DNA from: Bigelowiella natans CCMP2755
Taxonomy: Eukaryota > Protista > Cercozoa
Assembly (NCBI GenBank): GCA_000320545.1
Contig: ADNK01001859.1
Coordinates: 1 to 64,000 of the forward strand
Direction: 5' to 3'
DNA: 64,000 nt
Every line of letters starts with the position of its first letter. Position 1 is the first letter of the stretch. Shown one piece after another: positions 51,819 through 63,483 of this stretch. Below the pieces are notes generated by a model. The model ran no database searches. It was not told the origin of the DNA and worked only from the letters and a program-made list of their open reading frames with translations. A program made the translations under genes and the position numbers.

Positions 51819-54480
51819 ATGAAGAAACAAGTTCAATGTTCGCTCATTTTTCTGTCGTACTTCTTCGCCACCGTTGGCGCTTCATCTTTCCCTCCTTCCA
51901 TGCCTTTCGACCTCGACGAGCTTATGTCGGGACCTCTTGATGATGCAAAATGCAATATTGAGGCGGTTGACATGGCGAATAACGTCCAGCTCGCCTGCAT
52001 CCTGTCAGACCTTATGGTAATCAGTGTGACGATGACGATTGAAAGCACATGGTTTTGGTAGTATTCTCCCTCTTCCTCATTGCTTGTCCTTCGTTCAATG
52101 TATTTGTTAATTATGCAACGATAGGACACGACTTTCTTCCGATTGTTCACCGTCGACTTGGAACGCAAATGCCCATTTTTCCAAAAATCCGAGCTTCCAA
52201 AAGCACCCGAAACATGCTCGGGAGGTGGCCCCGATCCGATGCCATTCTCATTCGGGGGCGGGGATGGATTTAGCGAAGATCAACCTCCTAAACCGGCTTG
52301 CTCACTGGAGGGGGCATCAGGGGCGAATGAACCTCCGTTTGCAGGTAGTGGCAGTAAACTTCCACTTTCCTCCGCCACAAAAAGGCGAAAGATTGAACCG
52401 TTCGCAGCGCCTACAGACGAGGTTGACCAGTCGCTCTCCAACAAGGAGAATGAAGCACTTGAGAACTCGAGGGCGAAACAATGCGACGACGAAAATCTGC
52501 CGACCTTTTGGTTAGACATGTGTGATGGGATCGGAGTAACGGGGAAAGATCGAAAGACGGTCAATCTGCGGAAGAACCCCGAACGATGGACTGGGTAATA
52601 TATAGTAGCAGAAACACCCATATCACTATATGTAAACATTATTCTTCTTCCCGAGTAAATATTGCTAGAATGCCAAGTGCACGTTGTGCATCTCGTTTTC
52701 GTGGTTGCATGAGGATGCGTTGGAGAGAGGAAGCGAGCGTCCTTCATAGCTTTCATTCCCATTCCACTTCTCCTTTTCCTCTTTCTCCTCAACACAAATT
52801 TAGTCAACTATTTGTTGTTACGGCAGGTACAATGGGTCGCAGGTTTGGCAGGCGATATATCAGGAAAACTTTCTCGCTACTAACAGGAACAGCTCCACGA
52901 AGAAGCAGAAGGACGACCTAGTATACGAAGAACGGCTACTTTACAAGCTACTATCGGCCATGCACACCTCTATTAACGTCCATATCGCCCTTGACCATTA
53001 CCCTCCTCGAAAGGGTAAACGCACACGGTGGGAGCCGAACCCTGCACACTTCGTTGACCGTTATGCAGACCACCCTGACAGAATTAAAAACCTTCACTTC
53101 GGCTTTGTCGTGCTCCTCCGCGCCGTGAGAAAGGCGGGGCCACAGCTTCTGGAGATGGACTATCGAACAGATATTCTTGCCAACGCAAGTAGCCCTGAAG
53201 GGACCGGAAGGCACACCAGAGCGCTTGTTGAACGCCTTCTCCAAACGGACATGCTCGCTTCTTGCAATGAGGTCGTTGCTAAACCACTCGTCGCAGCAGC
53301 AGCAGCAGCGGCAGCAGCAGCGGCATTATATACTACTAAGAGCGGTGCTGTACTCTCAACTACATAATCATTCATTTGTGGCAAAAAAGCTGCCATGGTT
53401 AAGAAGTGTGTGTATGTACAGGTGTTCGGAGCGTTCGACGAAAGCCTCCTATTCCAGAGCAATAGGGACGGCACTCCTGTGGCACAGCTCAAGCGTCATT
53501 TCAAGCAGGTCGTCCAAACCTTTCCTCCTCCTCACACCCACAAGCAGTATCTCAAAAAAGAAAGAATCACTGCGCTCATGCTGAATAGAGCACCGACAAT
53601 AAGAACAGCAAAGGCTCGCTATCGCCCCTAAACAGAATTATAATAACCAAAACCAACGATGTATTGTGTATGATGATACGGAAGGTGTTCCGCAACATCT
53701 CCCGAGTGCTGGACTGCGTCTCATGTCAGAAGTGTAAGCTGCATGGGAAACTGTCGCTGCTCGGACTGGGAACCGCGCTGAAGACGCTCCTCCTCCCCGC
53801 CCCACTTCTCAAAGAGGGGTTGGTAGCAGTAGAAGAAGAAGAAGAAGGAGAAGGAGAGCAGTTGTTGGCATGACACACGAAGAGGGGGGATGGGGATATG
53901 AAGAAGAAGAATATGAAGAAGCTGCAGTAGCAGCAGGGAGAGAAGTACCGGTTTTATGGATCACAGTACATTATTAAAAGCGAGAGTATGGAAAAAGGGA
54001 GTGCTTTATTATTTAAGTGCACCTTCGCCATGAATCCTCATCCCCCCCCCCTTCCCCCCTCCCCTCGTATTGTTGTGTTCCTAGATTGCGCCGCGAGGAG
54101 GTTGTTGCCTTGATAAATACGTTGGGGAAGTTCTCTAAAGCGATTCAAGGTGGTGACTGCCGTCTGGTCTTGTTGCCATAGTTATTAGTCGATATTATTT
54201 CCAAGGCTCTCCAATTTTAAAGAGAGAAAGAAGGCTACTCCCCGCCTTGATATATCACCTGGAATACGTTGGGCATGAACCCTAGTATACGTGATGTCGT
54301 CAGAAGCATTGCTCATCACCAATAGGGTGTCGCCAGAGGCATTGCTGTGAGCACTATCTCTATTAATCACGTCGTCTCACAACTTTCATCATCATTATCA
54401 TCATCATCATCATCATCTTCATCATCTTCTTCCTTGATTTTGCCAGGAGCTCGCGACCTAACGATGATGTACCGCAAGAA
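51819..54480 (+). other. ERO1 domain of the fusion
   Basis: [99 protein letters not shown] (CxxCxxC active site), [27 protein letters not shown]. Confidence 0.95.
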
Positions 54481-54933
54481 GCTCAACTCTTTGCTCCTAA
54501 AGCAGCCGAAGGGGGGGGCTAAGAAGGGAGTAGGAGTAGCAGACATTCCTAGTAAGAAAAGTAGTCGCGGGAACGCGAAGATCAAACCCGAGCCATTGCA
54601 TCAACAGGAGGTGCGAGAGGCGGGGTTGAAGGGAAGCAATGGCTTCTTCTTATCATCCTTCCTCCCATCATCATCATCATCGTCGTCTTCGTCGTCATCA
54701 CAATATGCTCTTCAAGGCGGCTACGCTGGTGCTGTGAGCGCCGCCGATGCTGCAGTGGCAATGATTGCTCAGCTCTCTTCGGGCAATAACAAGAAGGACG
54801 AGCCAATCGGAGGAGGAGGAGGAAGGGAAGTAAAAAAGCTGACTCAAGATGAGGAAGACCTGCTATTGGACTCCGCTCTCGGTTCGTTGTTTTGAGATGA
54901 TAATAATAGGAGAATAAAATGGTTGTAGAGAAG

Positions 54934-54971
<38 letters not shown>

Positions 54972-57705
54972 CCACAATGGTTGTGGGAAGGGTAGTAGGA
55001 CTAATGTGAGTGAGTAATAAACACTATTTAAGAGAGTGGTACTCGTAGGATTTACTTCCCTAAGCTCATCCTTATCTCATAGCAATCAATTTTATAATAA
55101 TGATAATAATACTACTACTAATATTATTAGTAATAATAGTAATAATAAAGCATGTGCAACTAACGCACTCTGCTCTCTGCCTTCTCCTCCTCCTCCTCCT
55201 CCCTCTCTGCTACTGCTGCTGCTGCTGCTGCTCTTTTTAGGGTTTGATCCACGTGTGCTGATTCTTGCCCGGCACTACTCGTCATCATCATCACCATCCT
55301 CATCATCGTCGTCGTCATCATCCTTTGCCCGCCATGCTCTGAGAGTAATCCGCAACCTCCCCCCCCCCATCGCTGCTACCTTCGGGTCTGCTGCAAGCAC
55401 AACATCACCGAGAAGGCCTGTTGGGGGCAAGGAGGAGATCGTGTACGACCTGATCGTAGTGGGGGGGGGGCTGACAGGACTGACAGCTGCGCTCACAGTG
55501 CTGGATGGCGGAGGGAGTGTTGCGATTGTGGAGAAGGAACCCTTCCTTGGGTAACTACTACTACGATGTGTTTGCAAGGATTATGATCTTTTCTAATAAT
55601 AATAATAATTATGGTAATATATTGACATGATGATATATCGCACGTTGATAGAGAAACGGCGGTGATTATGATGGTTGTCGTAGAGTAGTTAAGTAGTTTT
55701 GGTGTTCGCTCTTATTGCAATCCAACGCCATCATCTCTGCTTACATGTCGTCGTCGTCGTCGTCGTCATCGTCGTCGTTGTCTTCTTCTTGATGTTTTCG
55801 GTGGGTGGTTGGTGCTGCTTTCTTTACCTTACAACGATACGATAACGATACGACGATAAATAGTGGCAATTCGGCGTGGGCTAGTTCTGGTGTAAATGCA
55901 GCGCCACCGCAATATGACGATGGGGAAGAGGCAGAATCCTCTTCTCAAAATGAAGACAACGGGAGCGTTGATTCCATAGCCAGGTCATCAACAATCCCCG
56001 CATTTTCATCATCATCATCATCATCATCATCATCGTTATCTTCATCACTATATCATTCCACCATCAAATCGTGAGTGATGCTATGCTGATATGCTACAAT
56101 TCCATTACACGTCGATGGATGTTATCACCCGTTCATTGAGAAATGAGACATAACAACAGCGCCTTACCACTACACTTAGATTCGCAAGAGATACGCTTAA
56201 ATCTGGAAATGGCGACGAAGGGCTCGTTGCAGCACTTGCCAGTGGTAAGAGTAGGAGAGCGCTAATATGTACAGAAGATCAATCTCCCAGTTGAATATTT
56301 AAGGATGATACGCAAACTACAACAACATGCAAATAACAATAATCGTCATTTCGCCCCTGTTTCAATAAAATCTGTGCTTAAAGTTCTCCTCGATCCGTTT
56401 GCGTCTTATCTGTCTACTGTCTCTGTGTGTTTTGGGGGGGGGGCATCAGGGAGCATGAGCGCTGTGAAATGGATGGAAAAGCGGCTTGACATAGAACTGG
56501 TGACCGATTCATATATGCAGCACTCGTGTATAGTAAATGCTGTGAAACGTGCTCCTGCTTATTGCCGATTTTTTTTTCTTGTTCTTTTCTCTTCTCTTCT
56601 CTTCTTTCTGGTTCTCCTTCTTCTTCTTCTTCTCAGGACAAAGTAGCACAGCTAGGTGGACACTCAGTCGCAAGAACGCGAAGGTTGTTGATGATGGCCA
56701 ATACTGACTGACGACAACAAAGAAGAAGACGAAAGGAGGAGGAGGAGGAGGAGCATGTGATAATGATAATAATCATATTTCTTCCTTTGTTACTACCATA
56801 GATCCAAAGGCGGGATGATAGGGCAAGAGCTTGTGACAAGGTGCTGTTGATGAATGACTGATGCTGTCCTTCTCTTATATGATTGATCGATTCTTAAGTA
56901 AGAAGAGAGTGGTGATGGTGGTGGTGAGAAAGCTTTTAGGTTGCTGCTTTACCAGACCATCTCCTCTTTTTGTGGTGATTGCGGTGTATAACAAAAATAC
57001 TTAAACGGGTAGTCGGAGGAGATCTTTGATTCTCGTGTACTTAACGAATTTTGGTTCATTGATTCTTTAACCCCGTCAACTCAAATTCTCTCCTCCTCCT
57101 CCTCCTTCCTGAACAATGTAGGATTGCTCGAATCGTAAAGACATTCGCAGCAGATTTCAAGAATGGCGATGGTGCTGCTGCAGCTGGTGCTGGTAATCGT
57201 GGAGTTCCTCTCTTCAGACTCCTAACTCGTGCGACTGCCACACGTATTGTTCTCGGTGAAGCAGAAGACGCCTCCCCCCCCCTGGGAGGAGTGAACATAT
57301 TACACTACAGCCTTGCTGATAAGACGAGGAAGAAGCAGGCAAATAGCACCACCACCACCACCATCCAAGGAACTCTCAAAGGCAGGTATATTGCGGTGAC
57401 TACGGGAGGCTATGCGAACGACCGCAGGAGCCATGGGCTACTATATTCAAATCGGCCGGTAAATGTGCGAGTGAGTGAGTTAATGTGTGTGTGTGTGTGT
57501 GTGTGTGTGAGTACAGTGCTTCATTATTCCAACTGTGTGTACGTATGACGTATGGATTCGTATTTATGTGCATGTGTGAATGGATGGCTGTGCTCTACCG
57601 CACCCACCCCACTTGGCACCACCAGCAGCCTCTCTGTTTCTCTAAACAGAACCCGTACGTTTGTCTGTTGTAAGCCGTAGAATAAATAAAATATGCATAT
57701 GTAAC

Positions 57706-57742
<37 letters not shown>

Positions 57743-58795
57743 TAAGCACAAAAGTGCGGATGATTGATCTTATCTCTGCTCCCCTCCCTCTTCCCCCCCC
57801 CCCCTCCCCCTCCTCCTCCTCCCCCACCCAGGACCTGCAAGGGTTTCCAACTACAAACGGGCGTTGGGCCACTGGGGATGGTATAGGCCTCGCGACGGCA
57901 GTGGGTGCAGATACTGTCGACATGCAGCAGGTTCAGGTGCATCCAACAGCCTTCGTTGACCTAGACCACCCCACCGCTGCGCGTAAAACCCTCTGTGCGG
58001 AGCTTCTGCGTGGGGTCGGCGGGATCTTGCTGAAGCGAACATACACCACCAACCGCTTTGTAGACGAGCTTGCCCCTCGCGACGAGATTGTCGCGCGAAT
58101 GAAAAGTGCGGCTGCGGAGTCCGGCTCCCCGTCCTTCGTCATTCTTCTGTCTGAGGCGATGAGCCAGGCGGCAGGAAAGCACGCAGAGCACTACCTGAAG
58201 AAGGCTTTGCTTCGTCGATTCGAGAGCATCGAGGACGTTGCCACGTGGGGGAACATGTCCACTGCCGCATTGAAGCAAACGCTGACGGAATACAACCGCC
58301 ATGCCGCAGCTGGTGGCGCTGGCCCTCACGGCAAGAGGTTCTTCCACAACACGCCAATTGACACCGAAGGAGGATTCGTAGCTGGGGTCGTGGTCCCTGC
58401 CATCCACTACACTATGGGGGGACTTCGCATAGCACCAAACGCATCGGTCATAGCCAAATCGGGAGCAGAAATCAAAGGGCTGCTCGCGGGGGGGGAGGTT
58501 ACTGGAGGCATGCACGGCAAGAATCGGTTAGGAGGGAACGCCTTGACTGAATGTGTGGTCTTCGGACGTACTATTGGACAACGAGTGCTACAGGAGAAAG
58601 ATGAGTGGAGAAAGGAAGAGGAGGAGGAGGAGGAGGAGGAGGAGGAGGAGGAGGAGAGCGAAAGAGACGCCCCCTCCTTGGAAGGGGCTGCTGGTCTTAG
58701 TAGCAGCGGTATTACCCTGAAGAATGTGTCCTCTTCCGAGCTGTCTAAGCATGCATCGGCAGAGGACTGCTGGGTTGCATTGTTTGGAAAGGTAT

Positions 58796-58829
<34 letters not shown>

Positions 58830-59295
58830 TGGAAGAGGAGGAGGAGGAGGAATGTAGTAACTGCCATCGTAGCCTCACACAATATTAGACTGTTAAATAT
58901 CTCTCCCCTCCCCTCTCTTCTTTCTCCACCGTATTTCTTTCTTTCTCTCTCTCTTTCTTTCTTTCTTTGAGGTGTACGACTTCACCGACTTTGTGAACGA
59001 GCATCCAGCGGGTCCTGAAGCCATTCTTAGAAGTGCAGGTGCCAAAATTATCGACGTTCATCATCATACTACAACATAGGAAGAAGACTGAAAAAAAAGG
59101 GCGGGGATGCATATCAAGCGACAGCCTGCCTATTTTCCCCCAACAGACATTGCCGCTTTGAGAAGATTCGTCCAGCCCATAGTAGATTGACCCTAAGACT
59201 TCTTTGTTGCAGGAAAAGACGGGACTGAGGAGTTTGAGGCTATACACGCCAAGAGCATGTTAGACGATTTCGATCCAATCGGAATATTGCGATGA
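51819..59295 (+). CDS. ERO1: ERO1 - soluble fumarate reductase (Osm1/Frd1/flavocytochrome c type) - cytochrome b5 fusion protein, about 1303 aa, with signal peptide
   Basis: 17 exons with GT-AG introns, all phase-compatible: 51819-52016, 52125-52594, 52827-53271, 53422-53508, 53685-53818, 54085-54149, 54447-54881, 55241-55550, 55864-55983, 56180-56244, 56450-56499, 56637-56683, 56802-56840, 57122-57458, 57832-58791, 58972-59038, 59213-59295 (3912 nt including stop). Domain motifs are given in the three sub-features. Confidence 0.85.
55435..58590 (+). other. FAD-dependent soluble fumarate reductase domain of the fusion
   Basis: Rossmann motif [15 protein letters not shown]...[103 protein letters not shown]. 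The His/Arg/His/Arg catalytic set of flavocytochrome c fumarate reductases is present. Confidence 0.95.
58715..59292 (+). other. Cytochrome b5 heme-binding domain of the fusion
   Basis: [22 protein letters not shown]|[22 protein letters not shown]|[17 protein letters not shown]. Both axial His residues are present (HPAG variant of HPGG, and AIH). Confidence 0.93.
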
Positions 59296-59813
59296 TTTTA
59301 GGTTTTAGGATGATGATCGCTGCCAACATTATCGACGTTGTCTTCGTCATCGTCATCGTCATATTACCGTAATCCTCATCCTGTCTCCTCCCAGCGATGA
59401 GTTAATCATTTGCCTTTCTTAGCAAACCACAATATTAATTATTAGACATATAGAGGGACACCGCCTCAGGGAAAACATAGTGTGCCCACGAGGCATGCCG
59501 TACGCGTTTGCGTACACTAGAAGCAACATGCACTGTTTATCTACCCAAGAAAATGATTAAATTACCACAATAAGCTGCATCAGCGATTGGATACGCACAA
59601 CCATTGTTTTGAGTGTGAAAGGTGCGGTTGGTGTGCATGTATGTGCAGCAATGACTGCGTCATGTGCACCTAACAACAGCACCCGTACGCATCTAACTAG
59701 CTAACCTGCATGCATGCGGACATGGAAATTAGAGCTCTCGCATTGCTGCATGTGCTAGTATGTGCGTACATGATGTGCACGAGGCTTTGCACACATATCT
59801 ATATCCGCGTATC

Positions 59814-59851
<38 letters not shown>

Positions 59852-60608
59852 TATAATACCTCTGCTATACATATCTGCCTCGCACAGCTTCATATTAGGA
59901 TGACCATTGAAAAGATTGAATCAATTCATTACATCCGTCTCACATCTGTATCTCTAGCTCCTCCAAAGGGTATTCGTATTGCATGCTGCTTATGATACAT
60001 AGGCAAATTCCATCTACGCCTGTACCGTCTAGCCGTGCGAAAGTAAGCCATTTTAAATTATTTCTGCCCCGGGGCAAGCATCACTTACAAACAGTTTATG
60101 AGTCCTTGTGCAGCGCTGTGGGATAGTTGTTAAAATGCTTATTAGTTGCTCTTACCGGCCAGGATAAGTAGGCTAAGTAAGCTTTTATCAAGTAAAGGGC
60201 ATATCGCTGGCTAATTGCATCGAAGATACTTTTATGACTACTTATTGTTAAAGAGATTGCGCTATGCAGTAATCAAGTATGGTACCTAATAGCAGCATGC
60301 ATGCCCTCACCAGAATAAGATGTATCACCTCGAAATTGGAATGCAAGCACTGAGTACAAATGTGCCTCCCCACGTTAGTCAAAACGCCTGAACTTGTTAT
60401 TGCAAATTGCTAATTAGCTGCGCAAGCTCACAGTGCTAGAATGGCGCGCCGCTCGTTCGTGCACACTTCTGCCAGTGGAAATTAAAACATGAGAACAAAG
60501 CTCAGACGAAGCTAGTGGGCTTGTTGCTTGTTGAGACACAGATGTGAGCAATTTTGCAAGTTTGGCATGTGATAGGGTTGTAGTGCCATGCATTGATTGT
60601 GCCACCGA

Positions 60609-61750
60609 TCAACGCCTGTAATATCCTTTCTTTCTCAGTAAATCCACTGTGCGTTCATACTTCAGTGTCTTCATCTCATTTTCGGTCGGGACTATCGACT
60701 TGACCAACAACGTAGTGGCCAAGATATTCGCCTCATCAAGCCATTTCAGGACATGCCCGTATACGTACGCATTAACAGATTGAAGATCCTCATGTTCCTT
60801 TTTCCTTAATACAGTATATGCTGCATCGGCCAAACGTGTCCGTCTTTCCCGAACGATTGATTTATTTTCCACAGGCCATTGAAGGCGGTGCACGCATAGG
60901 GACTGAGATTCGCCCTTGATCTCAGCGTAACCATCGTGTACCATGGTCTTAACAGCGTCATCAAAATCATCCTCCGCCATTTTAGAGAAAGTTGTCATCA
61001 TCGAGCTCAACTTCGACGTTCCGACTTTCTCCAATGTCCCGAAATTGAACTTTGCATCTTTGACTGATTTCGCAATGTGGTCGTCCTTCCACTCATCAAA
61101 GTTCTCTTGAAATGTAATATCCTCTTCATCAAAGATAGTGTAAGTGCCTGTTGTCGAGGTTTTGCCACTGACGTGGAAGCACACCCAACCCATGTGATTC
61201 AGAGCGTCCTCCATTCGTATTACTAGCATTGGCTCCCTAGTTTTCAAGCTGAATGTGCCGTGCAGAGCAATGGTGCTCTTCATGGCTTTGTACCTCTTGA
61301 GCGCGTTATCCCTCTCCCTTCGATCAGAGCTAGCTGCTTGCTGCTGAGCTTTTTTGGCCTTGTCAATACTTGCGCCTCCGTCGTTGAACATGATGAGAAA
61401 TTTTCTGAGTCTGAACGCAACTTTCGGGTCAACGGGAGCATGTTTCCCCAGCCATGTCTGCTCGCCCTTCTTGCATTGTGTATAGAGCAGGTCAACATTC
61501 TCTACGAACTGTTTCAAAGGATCCGTTTTAGTTCCACTAATGTACTGCTCGACAAGTGCCAGCAGCTCATCACGCGCCCTCTGAGTTTGACCATAACGAA
61601 ATAATAATGAGTTATTGAAGCCTTTCCCCCGCATGCATGCCCGTTACTCTTTCCTGGCTTCTAATGCTTTTCTTGCACGCTCAACCAAAAAATAAGATAA
61701 ATTCAAATCGTACCAACGAATGAATGAGCAATGACACAATATATATACTT

Positions 61751-61786
<36 letters not shown>

Positions 61787-62836
61787 TGCTCCGAAATTAT
61801 TGATCTCCGTCAACACACTACTACCACTACTACTACAACTGCTACATTTGTAATAATGGAAGTAATGATATTTGACACCACACTTCATTCTGACCCTCTG
61901 TCTCCCAGCCTCGTCAAGTGCTTCCTTAGCCAGAAACTGTGACTTGTCTTTAAATTGGGTTGAATAGAGGGTTCGCAGCGCGTCTTTGGGTTCTATTTCG
62001 TCACTGAACTCAGTGCCGCTCGGGTTAATGATATACGAGCCTATTCTCTCCCCAAGGCATGTAACACCAAGGCTTTGCTCAATGCCCTTTATCACTTTTT
62101 GGTTGGCTGACCACACGAATGGTGATTTGGACATGCCGTTCTGTGCGGTGTCCTGCCAGAACTTGAAGGCTGCAACCCCGAACTGATTTCCATCGATGGC
62201 GAGACTCACATCTGCTGTTTTCCTCTCCTTCTCCATCACGTAAAGCACCCAAACGCAGCCGAACTTGGTGTTGCCTTTTGACCCAAAGGCCTTAGTGAGA
62301 AGGTGCCAGGTCTTCGAGAAGCGCTTTACCTCATGATAATTCATCCTCTTGATGGCAGCGTCCTCATAAGCTGCTGTATTGCCACCCTCTGCCAAACCTT
62401 TGTACTCATCATTCCAATTAGTGAGTGATTCAATCAGTGGGCCTGAAAACTCATCCTCATCGTCTCCCCGGTAGAGAGGATGGAATAGAAGCTCCAGATT
62501 GTCGTCAATCATCTCCACCCGAAGCACAACACTCCCTCCATTCCAGAGGATATCGCTTAGCTTCGTACGACTTGCGCCATGTGTCGCGAGATGTGGAATC
62601 AGAAAACCGTCATCAACTTGATAGCCAAGAAGCTCCCATCCTGTCTCTGTACTCGCTTTATCAGTCCACCTGCCCGTCTTTTTCTGCAGCGTATTGGTGC
62701 CGTTATTGAGCCCTAATGTAGCGGCATTTCCTTTTCTTGCGAAGGCATTGATGGGATTGATGTAGCCCAAAGCTGACAATATCAGAGGCATCAACCACAA
62801 GGCTCGAAACGAGCAAGGGGATGAAAGACCAAGCAT
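60609..62836 (-). CDS. Hypothetical protein with signal peptide, probably two large exons (about 650 aa)
   Basis: Two long, non-repetitive ORFs (61703-62881 and 60609-61634) separated by a microsatellite-containing intron-like stretch. N-terminus MLGLSSPCSFRALWLMPLILSALGYINPINAFA is signal-like. No family recognised. Confidence 0.65.
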
Positions 62837-63483
62837 GGTGTCTAGAGGGAGGTTGAGCCTGAGGCTTTTCTCTGGATTCAAAAATTCAAATTTGGATCAT
62901 AAAATAGTTGTTTCTCTTTTTTTTTCTTGTCGTTCCTTTTAATTCCGCTGCAAAATGCAGAAAAAAGGAGGCACAGCATCCGTTCCAGCGTCCGTTTCTT
63001 TGTATCCTCCGCGGACCGCAGAACAAGTGCAGTTGTTCGCAGCTGTCGTCGTCGAATTTTGAGAAATCACTGGACTATATTTTACCCTGAGAACATCCTA
63101 TTCATGTTGCAACAAATTAAGCAATTTTTGTAATATTCTATCATAGATATTTGACGCTTAACAATTTGCCATGTGCTGACGAGATCCTCCTTGCATGAAT
63201 GAGCATCCCCCAGTCGGAACGGCACAGAACTCGCTTCGTAACACCGGAAGCAGAGTGCAGGGGGAGGAGGGCATGAATAGTTCGCATACAGCAGAGGCTT
63301 GTTCGCGGGTTCGTCTCATCTACAAAGTGATTTCACGCACTATGGCGTCGCCGTCGCTAACACCGAGTTGTTGTTGATACGTGTCCTTAGAGTCGTGGCA
63401 GTGGTGGCCAAGGACGACAGCGAGCATACGAAAGTGGAACTGGAGATGCAGGAAGAGAAGAAGAATCCTCAATTCAACCCAGG

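Noticed and set aside
51819-54895. ERO1 and fumarate reductase as two separate tandem genes
   Set aside because: The reductase portion has no in-frame ATG, targeting peptide or promoter-like spacer, and a canonical in-phase intron joins the two. Kept only as the alternative to be tested.
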